Shown: positions 25,431-39,644 of the stretch, in pieces
Layout of the letters: every line of letters starts with the position of its first letter
Position numbering within the stretch: position 1 is the stretch's first letter
Assembly (NCBI GenBank): GCA_907165135.1
Contig: OU015566.1
Span: forward strand, 8,866,001 to 8,930,000
Length of the DNA: 64,000 bases
Source: Oikopleura dioica
Taxonomy: Eukaryota > Animalia > Chordata
Direction of reading: 5' to 3'
Notes under the pieces: model-generated
What the model saw: the letters and a program-made list of their open reading frames with translations, nothing else
Databases searched by the model: none
Told to the model about the DNA's origin: nothing
Position numbers and translations under genes: made by a program

Positions 25431-28425
25431 ATTTAAAAAAAAAATTCTTGAAAAATTCTTGAAAAAATTTTTTGAAAAATTTTCATCAGCAATGGTCAAC
25501 CGGGCGGTTAACCACCCGGTTGGTTTTTCTTTCGGTCAAAAATGAATGCAGCATCGAAAAATAAGTCGATTGGTATGTATATTTGCATATATACTGTACC
25601 TTGAGAAATGAACCGCGGTTTACCACGCGGTTAACCGGGTGGTTGGCCGCGGTTAAGGGGTCCGCCAAAAGCTTGAGTCCTGAGGATTCCAATGACGTCA
25701 AAATCTCCCGAAAAATAAGTTCCCTGGGGCTATTTAGGGGGAGTTTGTAATTTTTCAATCGGGCCTATGAGTCATAATTTATGCCCCTAGGCAAAAAAAT
25801 ATTTTTCTAGCACAACTTTTACGCTCTTTCAGATGAGCACATAAAAAGGGGGGTCATTTTTTTGCCCGAAAATTTCTTATTGAAATTCGTCAAAGACTAC
25901 TGTTTTTCTAACAGAGTAGAATCTCGTCAGCAAATTGCCGCCAATTAGCGATCGAGCTGTTTCAATTTCAACAAAATTATCTCCTCTGATAGCTAAGCAC
26001 CCGTCTCAAATAGCCATCCGCCGTTTAGAAAATTTTGCATACGTCGATGATGAAATGATTGATGACGACAGGCATTGAAAAAGCATGCGGATATGACACT
26101 CTTGGGAGGAGAAGCACACGTTCTGAAGATATAAGTCTAAAATGATTGACGCGCGATGAAATTTCAATTTTATCGAGCCAGCCTGAGGTTTTGGGTTTTC
26201 TCCTTTAGTTTTGCTGATCTATTTATAGCAGATTTCAAGAATAGAATGAAAAATAAAGCCTTCAAATGAAAATGTCTTTTTTTCAATAAAAACTTTTTTA
26301 CATATTTTTAAAGGACTAAATAATGAGAGGAGATATGCAAATTACGTAGTAAAAATTATCTCATTATCAAACTAATCTTCGTTAAAGCGCAAACCGTCAG
26401 TAAGGGCTTAACCCGTGCGGCTGCTGCTGGATTGAACTCTAGGATAGAATTATACGCATGAAACTTTTACTGTTAGATTCGTAAAAACCTCTTTTTTAGA
26501 TGAACTTTGGCAAAGAAAATCGCTGATATCCGACTTTTTTGAGTGTTTCTATGATTGCTGTTTATCAACTCGAGCTTTTTCAAATCAATTCCAAGTCCAC
26601 TCTTTTCGATAAGAACAAGTACCAATTTTAGCCGTGGCCAGTTTCCTCCGAAGTCCGGACAATATTTTTGCGGAAAATGCACGCGCGAGGAATGTTTTAT
26701 GTTTAAATCACGTTTGCGGCGAACAAATGCACGTTCTGTTATATGAGCCAGATGAGCTGTGTACGACGTGTTCTGCCGATTTTTCGTTCCCTCGAATCGT
26801 TGAAATCTCATTCGCCCAAATATTTCGACATCAATTGCTTTTCACCGTCATTTAAAAAATTATTCGTTGTATTGACATATTCTTAACTTCTTCATCATTT
26901 TCTTGAAATTCTAGCGGCAGATGTATGTAACTCAATTGGGCATCAGTTGGTCGAATTATCCGAGTTTCTTGAGATTTGCGTAGAAGGGGAAGAAGGCGCG
27001 CCAGAAAGACGTGTCAGAACAGAAGCAAGGATAACAAAGTTGACGCCTGTGCGGTCAATCCTATTACTTGGCTGAATTCAACCCTAACTTGGCAGCACAA
27101 TTTGATAAAATTTTCACGCCACGTTAGATTTTTGCTGTAGTTTTTCGTTCGTTCAAGTGAGGCTGAATTTGATGCAATAAGTATCCGCTGCTGGTCTTAT
27201 AATGAGCTCCATCTGTTCGAGAATGATTTCGATAGAAAAGTGGCCTTGAAAGTTTGTTTTTCTTTTTCATACATATTTTCACGAAATAGAATCGCTGAGG
27301 AATCTAGTTTATCCGGCTCAAGGACCCTATTTGCGCAGCTAAAGAGACCCCCTCGGAGCATCTCTTCGCCTCGAGATGATAATCAACCTTTTCCCAAAAG
27401 TGGAATCGCGCTTTTGCAGAATATTATCGATTTTACCCCCGATCCACTCTTAGACAGAGGGATGACGAACAGATTTAATCCCGAAAAGGGGGGAGAAAAG
27501 GTCAAAATACTCGACCACAAAACGAAATTTAGACAAATAGCTGCATAATTGACCTTTTGAGATGCTCACGTTTCATTTCGATTTGGAAGATTTACTTAAA
27601 AATTGAGCACAAAATTCTGAAAGAAATCCAGAACAAGTGACTACGGCAAAGATAGTTCACAGACGTAATTTTCCTAGAGACCCTGGAGTCGTCATTGAGG
27701 TGAACCAGTAATTTATGCTGAATAAATTAAGCTTCGACAAAAATGCTAAAATTGTTACTCGAAGAAAATTTAGTTTGGAAAGAGTACGTCATTCTAAAAT
27801 CTATTTATTGAGTTCAAGATTACCGAAGATGTCATAGAGTTACTCCGAAACTTTGACTAGACGTTTAAACAGCTCGTATGATGTTAATTTGACTTTTAAG
27901 GATTTGCACGTGCACTGGATCAAACACGTTCTTTTTGCCAGTTTTTGACATTCAATCAATTTCAAGCGCTAGAATCCTTCTTGTCGATTTCTGCAAAACA
28001 ATGACGAAGCGGCCGTTGAAAATCGGATAAATCTTATGCTACGAATTCGAGCGCCACATTTTGGAAGAAATATTTTCGTCTCACTCGAAGCAAAACCGAT
28101 TCTGACATTCTGAGTGACGCGCCATCAAGAAGTGAGCTCGATTAATCCCAATCCTCGAGTGAGCTGCTCCAAAACTTCAAACGTTATTTGGCTTAATTTC
28201 TCTTTCTCATGCTTTGATGATAAGTAGAGGGTGTTTACACGCGAATAGTTCATCCCTGATTTGTCTTCAAATTTAAATACAATCAAATTTAGTATAAATT
28301 TGTCTTCTGAAATTTCAATAAATACATGTAGATTGAGATGTTTTTGAAAAAACCTTTAGAAATTGTCAAATACATTTGTTTTATTCAAAAATAGTTGACG
28401 GAAAGCAGTTTTCACAGTGAGCAAT

Positions 28426-29016
28426 TTAGTAAGGCTGTTGATCCTTGCCCTTTCCATTGGCGCAGACTTTCTTCATGGCAGTAAGATCAGCAAGGAGCTC
28501 CTCCGATCGGTTTTCCCATGCGCCCAATTTCGGACAGTCCTGGAGTTCTGGTGCGTTGTAGAGTGCTTTGAAGGATTTCTCGCAGACGGCCTCTAATTTG
28601 TTGAGGTACTTGAGCGGCGTGCTTGGGTATCCGTAGCCCTTGCCGTCGAAGTCATTATCCTCGATTTCAGCCATGATCGCGTCAAATTCCGCATCGAGAT
28701 CAGCCTGTCGTCGCTTTCGGTAACCGTATCCGGCGCTTCGGGGATCACACTTGCCCTCATTGTAGTGCCACACAGCGTCATTGACAAGCTTAATTTATAA
28801 AAGTAAGATACTAAAAAGATTAATTCAAGTTACCTTTGAGATTCTGTACTGGTACTTTCCAAGCTTGCCACTGGGCGGCTGGCAAGTCATCGACTTCTCC
28901 ATGAAAGTATAGCACTTGCTCATCACATTGTCGACCTTTTTCTGGAGACTGAGTCCTTTCTCTTCAAAGTCCTGGGCCTGAGCAAGAGCGAGAACGACGG
29001 CGTTGAAAAATTTCAT
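28426..29016 (-). CDS. Secreted proprotein with RKRR furin-type site, 2 exons
   Basis: Signal peptide MKFFNAVVLALAQA, one short GT-AG intron, ...GYGYRKRRQADLD..., 6 Cys. TATA-like run at ~29078-29086. Confidence 0.8.
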
Positions 29017-29641
29017 GTTTCCTTTTTTCAAATATTTTAATCAGAAAAAGTTTATGATCTCAACCCTGGGCAACGGATTATATATATTCACGAGTGGCGC
29101 AATAGGTGACGTTGTTGACTTTTTGGAAATCAGGGAGCTCTTTATGCCGATTAACCGGTTCAAACAAAAAACCACGTAGTGACAGGATCTTGAATAATGT
29201 TGAACTTTACTCCAAAAAGACCACTGCAAATCTCTAAACTTCGAAATCGTTTACGTTTCAAAAAAATTACATGAGCATTCAAGTCTGACCCCTTTTCCGT
29301 AATCTCCCAGTTATGTCCGTAACGGAAGAAGTACTGTTATGGAAACGAAGATGAAAATTTCTCCAAGGATGGTATAAATGTGAGCCCGAAGCAACATTTT
29401 CAGACTCGGAAGCGCATCTATCAAGAATGGTCTACCATGATATATTCTTTATGAATATGGCATTTGTCATAGAGACTAGGCTTGGTCTGACAAGAATAGA
29501 AATTATATAGGCGACAAAAGCCATAAAAGGGAGTAAGCAAGGTTTTGGTTAAGCCAGTGATCCATTTATCCTGCTACGTAGATATTTAAATTTCAAGATG
29601 GAGCGCATATATAAAGAAAGCCTCAGGAGATTTTATTTAAG

Positions 29642-29836
29642 ATGAAGGTCTTTATTTTTATTTTTACAAGTCTTCTTGTTACAACTCAAGCTATTTGCGG
29701 TCACAGAACATTTCCTTTCGGACACTTTAGTCCTAGAACAAGCTGCAGCATCTTCAAATTAGGGGCAACTCATGAAATAGGAAACACTGTACTAAAGAAA
29801 CACCTGCAAACATTGTATGAAAAACTCTGTCGATGA
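29642..29836 (+). CDS. Small secreted peptide precursor (64 aa)
   Basis: TATATAAA ~30 nt upstream, signal peptide MKVFIFIFTSLLVTTQA, AATAAA ~30 nt after the stop. Confidence 0.6.
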   Translation: MKVFIFIFTSLLVTTQAICGHRTFPFGHFSPRTSCSIFKLGATHEIGNTVLKKHLQTLYEKLCR

Positions 29837-29947
29837 TTGCGATCACTTTTACTCCTGCAAATCTTAAAATAAACATCAACTTTCAACAGAAAATGTTCCT
29901 TATCTTCTAATGAATTCAGTTGTTCAAAATATTGAAATGCATCTTGT

Positions 29948-30554
29948 TTATTGATTTTTAGCAGAGTAAGTTCCAGTTTTGTAGCCAGCGATAAACCAGC
30001 TCAATAGCAAATCATGAAGCTCTTCACTCAATCCTGGCGGCGGCGGAGGAATCAGCTCGGGTGGAGGCAGTGAAGGAGCGTTGTTTTTAGATGAACGTTT
30101 TTCTGTCACTTTTCGAACAGGGATGGATTCTTTTTTCTGCTTCTTCGATTTTTTGGATTTGTCCTTCTTTGGTTTATCTGAAGATACAATAAGAAAATGA
30201 AAGTTACTCTACTGACAATTACCAGTGGAGTCGCATTTGAATAGATCGACATTATCCGGCTGTTCCGGTCTATTGTCCTCGAATAACTCTGTTTCTTCGA
30301 TCATATCTTCAGATCGCCATTCTTCATCGTCGTGGCCTTCGTAAAACACAATCCAACCAATGATCCCTTCCTCGTTTCGCTCCTGTTTCTTCAAAATGGC
30401 GGGGTACCACAAATCGTCCCCAGAATACATCGCGTAGCATCTTTTGCCAGGGTAAAGAAACTAGTAATTCAACTCATGAAGGAAGTAGAAATAATTCAAA
30501 CCCGAACCTGTCTCCCGCTTGCCAACTATCATCAAGAAGGTTCTTCGGCTCCAT
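29948..30554 (-). CDS. SMN: Survival motor neuron protein (Tudor + poly-Pro + YG box), 3 exons
   Basis: Tudor domain SWQAGDRCYAMYSGDDLWYPA...IVFYEGHDDEE, then LPPPELIPPPPP, then LLLSWFIAGYKTGTY (compare SWYMSGYHTGYY). Confidence 0.85.
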
Positions 30555-30649
30555 TCTGAATCAATATGATATAAAGGTTATAAAAGATACTCTTCTATTT
30601 TATAAAACGTAGTGTACAATAGTTTAGTATCATTAAGATTCTATCTTGA

Positions 30650-31129
30650 TCATATCAGCACTGGGAAACCGTTAGTAAGTATTTGGCAGTGACGGATTCG
30701 TCTAAAAAGTATCTGAAGCGCTAAGTGGAAGTTTTTGAAAACGAGTCCAGCCGTGCTCCCCTGTTGTTTTCGGAAGATATCGATGAAATCACCTTCTTCT
30801 ATTCCAAGACTAAAGAAATAAGTAAGACTCGTGTTATAACTTATAAGGATAGTTGCGCACCTAATTGGTGTATCCATCGATTTGATAGGACCACCGAGAT
30901 AGCGAAATCGGTAATTTTCTTTCGGCAGTTTATGCATCCAGCAAAAAGTGTCGATAACTTGGCCTAAGGCGCAGTCCTTAAATATAAATTGAATAAACTA
31001 CAATGAGTTTTGTCAGACCTTCGCAATTCGAACTTCGAAAGTCTTCGCGGGCACGGGATTTATTACATTTTCGAAGTTGAGTTCGAAAATGATTGTAACA
31101 CGCTCCGTCACGATTTCCTCCTCTTCCAT
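30650..31129 (-). CDS. Divergent SUMO-like (Rad60-SLD type) protein, 3 exons
   Basis: Spliced product ...TFEVRIAKDCALGQVIDTFC...YRFRYLGGPIKSMDTPISLGIEEGDFIDIFRKQQGS... aligns by eye with SUMO RFRFDG...DTP..LEMEDEDTIDVFQQQTGG. Confidence 0.7.
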
Positions 31130-31812
31130 CTAAAACGATTGAGAGCGCAATTAGAGAAAGTGGTAAGTGGTTTCGTTGATGAGGTTAATACTAGAAGATG
31201 TATCAATAGCAATGGTGAGATCAGTAGTACAGAATTTGGAACAAGTTCAGTATTTTTTGAAGGCACATCCGAGTACAGGAAAAGGGAGAAAGAATGGTGG
31301 TGGAGTGTAGAGTGATTTTTTGGTTTAGGATATGAATTTTGAAATTTGTGGTTTTCTGAACATTTGGCGTATCGACTACGTGTGATTTTGATTTTAGATT
31401 GTCATCTATCCATCCGGTCACGATAGATATATTTTTAAATCTCTAAGAGCCCGATTTCCTGCTCTCGAAGTGGATTAACGAAGTGCAATTCTTTTTAAAT
31501 CACGCTATTTACAAAATCGGAATATAGGGCTACTAAATGCTACTTCACAGTACTGTAACTGATGAAATGGAAGAGCTCAAGAATTGAACCAGCAATTGAA
31601 GTTAATAACAAAGTGTTTAGTTTGGTAGTTGCAGTTTGAATCATGTTATAGAAGTTACTTTTTGGAATGGTCATAAAAAACTGTTATAGATAACTGTAAG
31701 CATTGAAGTTTGTCAGTATTTTTTTTGCTAGAGGATGGCACGTAAAAGTTATTTTGGTAGTTTGCGGTATAAAAAATACGGAAGAGTGTGTTGTCGATGA
31801 TTTGACGGAGAG

Positions 31813-33334
31813 CTAGAGGTACGTAGAGTTCATGGAAGTGTGGCTGCGAATGGAATTGGACGAGGAAAATGACATGGAAGAAAAGGTGGGGATCGGCTCA
31901 TGTTGCGACTTATTTCTTTGCGCGGGCAAGGTGGAACTACTGGTTAAAGCGTTTTGCGCAGTGATCAGTTGCGACCTATAGTTAGATTGCGAATCGGAAG
32001 AGGAAGCTTTGGAAGAGCTTGGAATCGTTAGGGAATGGCGATGATGCTGGGTCAATTTGGCTTGGCTGGGCGTTCGCCACACCACGCTCGGGCTCTTTTG
32101 AGCTCGAGAGAGGGAAGAACTGTGCGATTTTGCGCTACTTTTAGGGTTTGGAATTAACGTGACCGGTGCCTTGTCCCGCTGTGCTTTTATCGAATCCTTA
32201 GGACGCGTCTTCTTTGGCGCCATCGACGGCGACGGCATTTCTCGGATTTCGTCTTCGTCGCTCTCAGAGTCGCTCTACAATTATGACAATCATTAGAAAT
32301 TGAAGATTGATAAAGATGTTATTACCTCGAGGGGCGGTGGCGGGTAATTTAGATTCTTGTAGTTCTTGGGTATCGTGTCTCTCTGGCTAGCTGGCTTTAC
32401 GGTGATTATCAAATTCGCAGAGTTAGCAACCATCATGTCGGTCACCTACAGCTTTCATAACTGATCCAATTATAAGTTTTCTTACCTGGTCGAGGCTCTT
32501 GCCGGCTACTTCTATCGAGTTTACTTCTAAAACTTCATCGTCGACTGCTAACAATCCCGTCATTTCAGCCAATCCTCCGTTGACAAGTCTACTGATGAAT
32601 ATAGAGGGCACTTTTTCGACGCCACTGTCAGACAGACGCACGCTAAATCCATCGCGAATGTAGAATCCTGAAAAACATCAACAAAGAATGAAGAATTTAA
32701 ACGTACCTAGAGGCTTGTCAGAACCATGTTTGTGAAGACGAACGCGCCGTAAAGTTTCGGGAAGAATATCAACATCGATAATTGCAGAAACAGGTCTAGG
32801 AAATTTGATTTCGATGGGTTGGACACTAGATGAATTACCTAAAGTCAACTGGGGTTGATATGACCGGTGCCTTTTCACCCTTTCTTCTGCGAACTGTTGA
32901 TGTTCCATAACCTTCTAGGTCGATGGTATCTATAAAATTAGGTTTATCGTAGCTAGTAAAGCCGAGAATACTTTTTCTGTGAATGTAGACTTTGATTATT
33001 CCACCATCATATGAGGTTTGAAGCGCTTTGTGATAATTGTCGTTATTGTTAATAGGCTAGAATCGATTTATAGAGAACATTGAGTAGTAGGTAGTTACCA
33101 AAAGGTCTCCATTTGATGAATATGTGATTATGAAGTCAATAGAGTCTAGTTTGTGAATTTTCCGCACCTAAAAGAACCTTCAAATCAGCATAAAGAAACT
33201 ACTTCTTATCTTGCCTTATCTTTAAATTCATCGTATTGCGTTTTGCCCGTCGAAATGGCAAATCGTCTGAACTCAGCATCGAATTTCGACTTGACTGAGA
33301 GCAGTCTCTCTGGCTGGGAGAGGGTCTCTAGCAT
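31813..33334 (-). CDS. PARD6: Partitioning-defective 6 polarity protein
   Basis: PB1 domain ([12 protein letters not shown]; LLPINNDDN), semi-CRIB ([14 protein letters not shown]) and PDZ domain ([21 protein letters not shown]...[12 protein letters not shown]...GKSLDQV). Confidence 0.95.
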
Positions 33335-34709
33335 TTTCCCATCTAAAATTCTTACTAATTGAAGAATCAAAGAACATTTTTTACGCATGGTAAGTTGTAT
33401 CATGCGAAAATACACTGTTGGACATAAACTCAGGAAATGATATAAAAAAAACGAAAAACGAACACGTTGTAAAGAAAAGTAGTGAAGCAAAAAAGGCTTG
33501 TTGATGTCTGGACTCAAGACTTTTTGTTTTTTTTTTGATGGATTGAACAGAATCTGGATGATAAATATGGCCTTTCTTGATTTAAGGCAATCTCATGGTT
33601 GTGATACTTTTCAATAATGGCAAAATTTTCCTAGTGCAGGCGTGGGTTAAGCTGGAGAGAGAGTGAAAGGGCAAAAAAACGAACAAAAGACAAGTGAGAG
33701 CCTAAAAGGATACAAAAGGCTGAAGGCAAAATAAAGCTGCTCACGATTTTTTCTACTTTGATTCAAATAAAATTGAAAAAACTTGAGTGCTGAAAATTGA
33801 TCTACTGACAAAATGGTGTGTGTATTTTTGAACTGAATTGGTTTCTTTTGCCACTTTCGTAAAGCAAAAAGAGGCTAGGTCTAAAAAGCTGAACGCGAAG
33901 AAGACTTTCAGGAAGATTTGGTATACGGTGATGAAGAACACTTGGGAACGCATGCGATAAGAAAACAGGATACTCCAAGGATACTAGCAATTCGACAACG
34001 CTAAGCTAACGCATTTGAAATGCTTGAGGTTGAACCGAAACACTTGCATCGAAGTTGATTACTAGCATTGAAGATCTGATGTTTACTCACTGTTTTGAAA
34101 AATGATAGGATTAGATTGATTGAACTTGCATCGATGCTGATAGTATAAAAGTCTACAATTACATGAAAAAAATGATAATCAAAAACAAAGAATGTCCTCT
34201 GAAATGAGGTTGTTTATTGAACTTAACATGCCAGGAGCCACCTGTTTTGACATAAGGCAGCGGTAATGTAAGAAAACGCTCGGGGATCAAGGAAGAGAGT
34301 CGCGAGCAATAGTAAAAGAGGATATCAAAAAATAAAAGATCCAAAAACGTGGCGCCACGATAATTTTTTTTTATGAGAAGAATGGCTGATAATAAATAAT
34401 TTTGTAAAAATGTTCTGTAGTTTGGTGATGTTTTTGTCAATAATTTGGGTTCTCTTTGTACAAGATCAAACTACTGGTAGGATGCGGTTCTAGCGCCGTT
34501 TTAGGTGGATCGAATATGGTTAAAAAGTAAGCAGGGTACAAAATCATATATTGGTGCTGGAGATGGTTTAGTGGTTTGGCGATGGAAGTCAAAGTTTTAT
34601 GTAATTTTTCGCTTTTTCTGTTTTGTTGTTTTTCACACATGAATATATATGCATGTAAAGAAGATATATCGTGTAGGAATAAAGGAGTATTTAAAAGTGG
34701 AGAACGGGT

Positions 34710-36869
<2,160 letters not shown>

Positions 36870-39039
36870 CTATCTAACCTCTAATTTTATCGGATTCCAG
36901 ACTAAAAGAATTATATTTTAGAGGAGCGTCCATTTAACGGATTTTTGAGTGAAGGCAAAGAAGCAGAAGGAAGGTTGAATGTGAAGCTGGAAAAAAGGCA
37001 CAAGTGAAATTGGCCAGATTTGAAATTGAACGAGATTTGTTTTGAGAGTTTTGAATCTTGATCGAGCGATAAAATCGAAAGTGAAACGAAAATGAGTATT
37101 TTCTTAGTTTGACCGTGACGCTTTGACGATTGATTGTAAAACTTGGATCATAATAAAAAAAATAATAGAAACAGAGAGACTGTTTTATAACTGTTATAAA
37201 ATCCTATCCTATGACTAGAAAAGAATATTCGATGAATATCAGGCTGAGAATGAGCCTTTGGTTATTCATTTTTACTAATCATTAAAAAAAATGAATCTTA
37301 TTTTGCGTTTAATTTCGTAAAAATGAGTTAAATATCAGAATCGGAATATCGTTTTTTGAAGCTGAAGCGCAGCTGAGCTAGTCTTATTCAAAAGTGTCGA
37401 CATTAGCTACCCGCAATTCGTGGCTTTGTAACCATCTTTTGATTTGGCTTTATTCGGGTTAAAATTTACATCTTGCATAATTTGATTTTTGCGGGTTAGG
37501 TAGTGTCACTCTTTCTGAACGATTTAGTTTGCGCGCTTGTAGGACAGGAGTTGTTCTTTCTGATCAGGCTTGTGTGCAGCGCTTCTTTTTCGGAGAAATT
37601 TCCGTAAGAGGGCGGCGGAGTTCCGGGTGGAATCAACTCTGGTTGGCCCCAGTCATCTGAAAACAACAGTTTTTATCTTCGTTGATTTCAATTTATCATT
37701 CTAATCTCTTTGCGAAAATTTTGCTTTTCAATCTTTGAAATACCAAGAGTCCTCTTTGCGGGCCTCCTGCTAGATGGATTTTTTTATAGCACCACGCTTT
37801 TATTAGATGACACATCGATAAATCATGGAGCACTATATCTTAAAAGGGCGAAGAGGAAGCAAATCTACATTGAAAAAAATTTGAAAGCAATCACTGACTA
37901 GAACCAGTCAAACGATTGCGTTTTTATGTAGCTGTTTTGACGGATTTTTCCGTGACATTGAGCGACGAAGCAGTACTTTTAGGAACGATGATTCAATTCG
38001 AAAACATTTGAAATTGACGACTATCAAGAAAATTTTTGTCTGAAAAATCATACGGATCACTTAAAATGAACGTAAAGATAAAGGTAATAATTGATGCTTT
38101 CAGAAAAGATGCTGTATCGTTTGTTGATAGATTTACATCTTTGACCTTTGAAAACTCGTTTTGAAACGATAATCTTCCAATAAAGAAAAAGATATCAAAC
38201 AAAGCCGAAAAATTAAGTTCTTACCGCCATGAGCTTCCATTTGGTCCGGCTCGTGAAGAGTGGGCAGGTCGTCAAGATTTCTTGCACCTTGCTCCGAGGT
38301 CTTTTGCATAACATGCAAGCGCAGCAAAAACCATGCTTATCAACAAAATAACTTTATCAGCAGGTGTCAACCGTTTGAGGACATCGCCCCGTGCTTCCGC
38401 TATTAGCCAAGTAAGAGGGTCCATTACCGCCCATTATGATTAAAAACGAGTCGATTCCGAAAATTCAACGATGAAATATTACACCCTTCGTAAAAATGTG
38501 AGATTCAAAATGTCTTTGAGACAAAAATAATTGGAAGTCCGAAAAAACTATAAGGGAATGCAAGTTCTAATAAGGTGCTCTTATTAGTCAAGAGACTTCA
38601 TCTGGCGGAGGTGGTGCCCTTGTGCCGGCCTGCTGCATGCCACAATAAAGACGACAATATCGGCATTTCCGTGAAAAACCACATTCCTCCGGGCGTAAAA
38701 TTCCTCATTCATCCCAATTTCTCTACCCACACTCGCGGTCGTCATCCCTCGTTACATCCTAAAGATGCTAGTCGCCGAGCGCTTTTAGGCTCCTCTAAAC
38801 TAGGGTCGGCCAAAAAAAAATCGATCTCGTGTTTCAATTACGAATTATACCTTGTTAGAAAGAGGAGAACGAGACGATTCGAATGGTACTAACCATTTGT
38901 CTGTGCGAGTTGGGGAAATTTTTTAGAATTTTTGAAAATCGTGATTTTCGTCACTAAAAACGTGAATCTTGGACGTTTCTAAATATCAAATTCTTGGCTA
39001 CGCCAAATATCAAGCCTTGATTGGCAAGTGATTGCCGAC

Positions 39040-39365
39040 TTCGGTCAAGTTTGGCCACTTATTGCCGGAGGACCTTCCGGAGGACCCCTTACTGGAAGAC
39101 AAATTGCTGGAGGACCAATAATAGAAAAGAAAAATAAATAGCTTTGGATGGCCACATACTGCCACATTCGACCAACTTCGGTCACTTTCTGCCGGAGGAC
39201 CTCCCGGAGGACCCCCTGAATAGAAGACCAACTGGTTGAAGACCAATATTCAAATAGATATATAAATAGCCTTGCTTGGCCGAAAACTGCCACATTAAAC
39301 CACTTTCGTTAACTGTCTGCCGTAAACCTTCCGAAGGAACCCAGGTGAAAGACCAACTCCTGGAT
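39040..39365. repeat. Degenerate ~127-bp tandem repeat (~2.5 copies)
   Basis: GCCGGAGGACCT(T/C)CCGGAGGACCCC recurs at ~39064 and ~39191, with a decayed copy at ~39319. Confidence 0.7.
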
Positions 39366-39394
39366 GACTTGAGGCGAATAAGCCTGTCTCTTAA

Positions 39395-39504
39395 CCCGTT
39401 GCCGAGCGCTAAGTGTATAAAGGCTGTCTACGCCAATAGTTAGGCTGGATTTCGAGCCTCGGGGCAGGTTGTAGCATCCTGAATGCTACGCGCTCGGCAA
39501 CGGG
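39395..39504. mobile_element. 110-bp piggyBac-type MITE nested in the hAT element
   Basis: TTAA|CCCGTTGCCGAGCGC...GCGCTCGGCAACGGG|TTAA: a 15-bp perfect TIR with CCC/GGG ends and a TTAA duplication. Confidence 0.9.
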
Positions 39505-39644
39505 TTAAATTCAGTCAGGTACAGTGGGTTGCGCAGATCGTGCACCCCTGAAGAGCTGGTTAAGGGAGCATCAGTCACGCAATCACTCTGAGAAAATCCA
39601 GAAATAAACAGTAGAAAAAGTGCGGGCGAAGAGTGCACCAACGA

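Larger units (their letters stand above)
20943..25891 (+). mobile_element. Full-length DNA transposon, Sola2-like DDD transposase, long TIRs
   Basis: GACGAATTTCAATAAG... at 20943 is mirrored by ...CTTATTGAAATTCGTC ending at 25891. TIRs of ~430 bp are near-identical, AAA lies on both flanks, and a transposase gene is internal. Confidence 0.93.

Noticed and set aside
25486-25758. 90-aa ORF in the right TIR
   Set aside because: It lies entirely within the terminal repeat and has no ATG start or coding features.
25900-28400. Long intergenic stretch with short ORFs
   Set aside because: No repeats, RNA motifs or credible coding signal found by eye.
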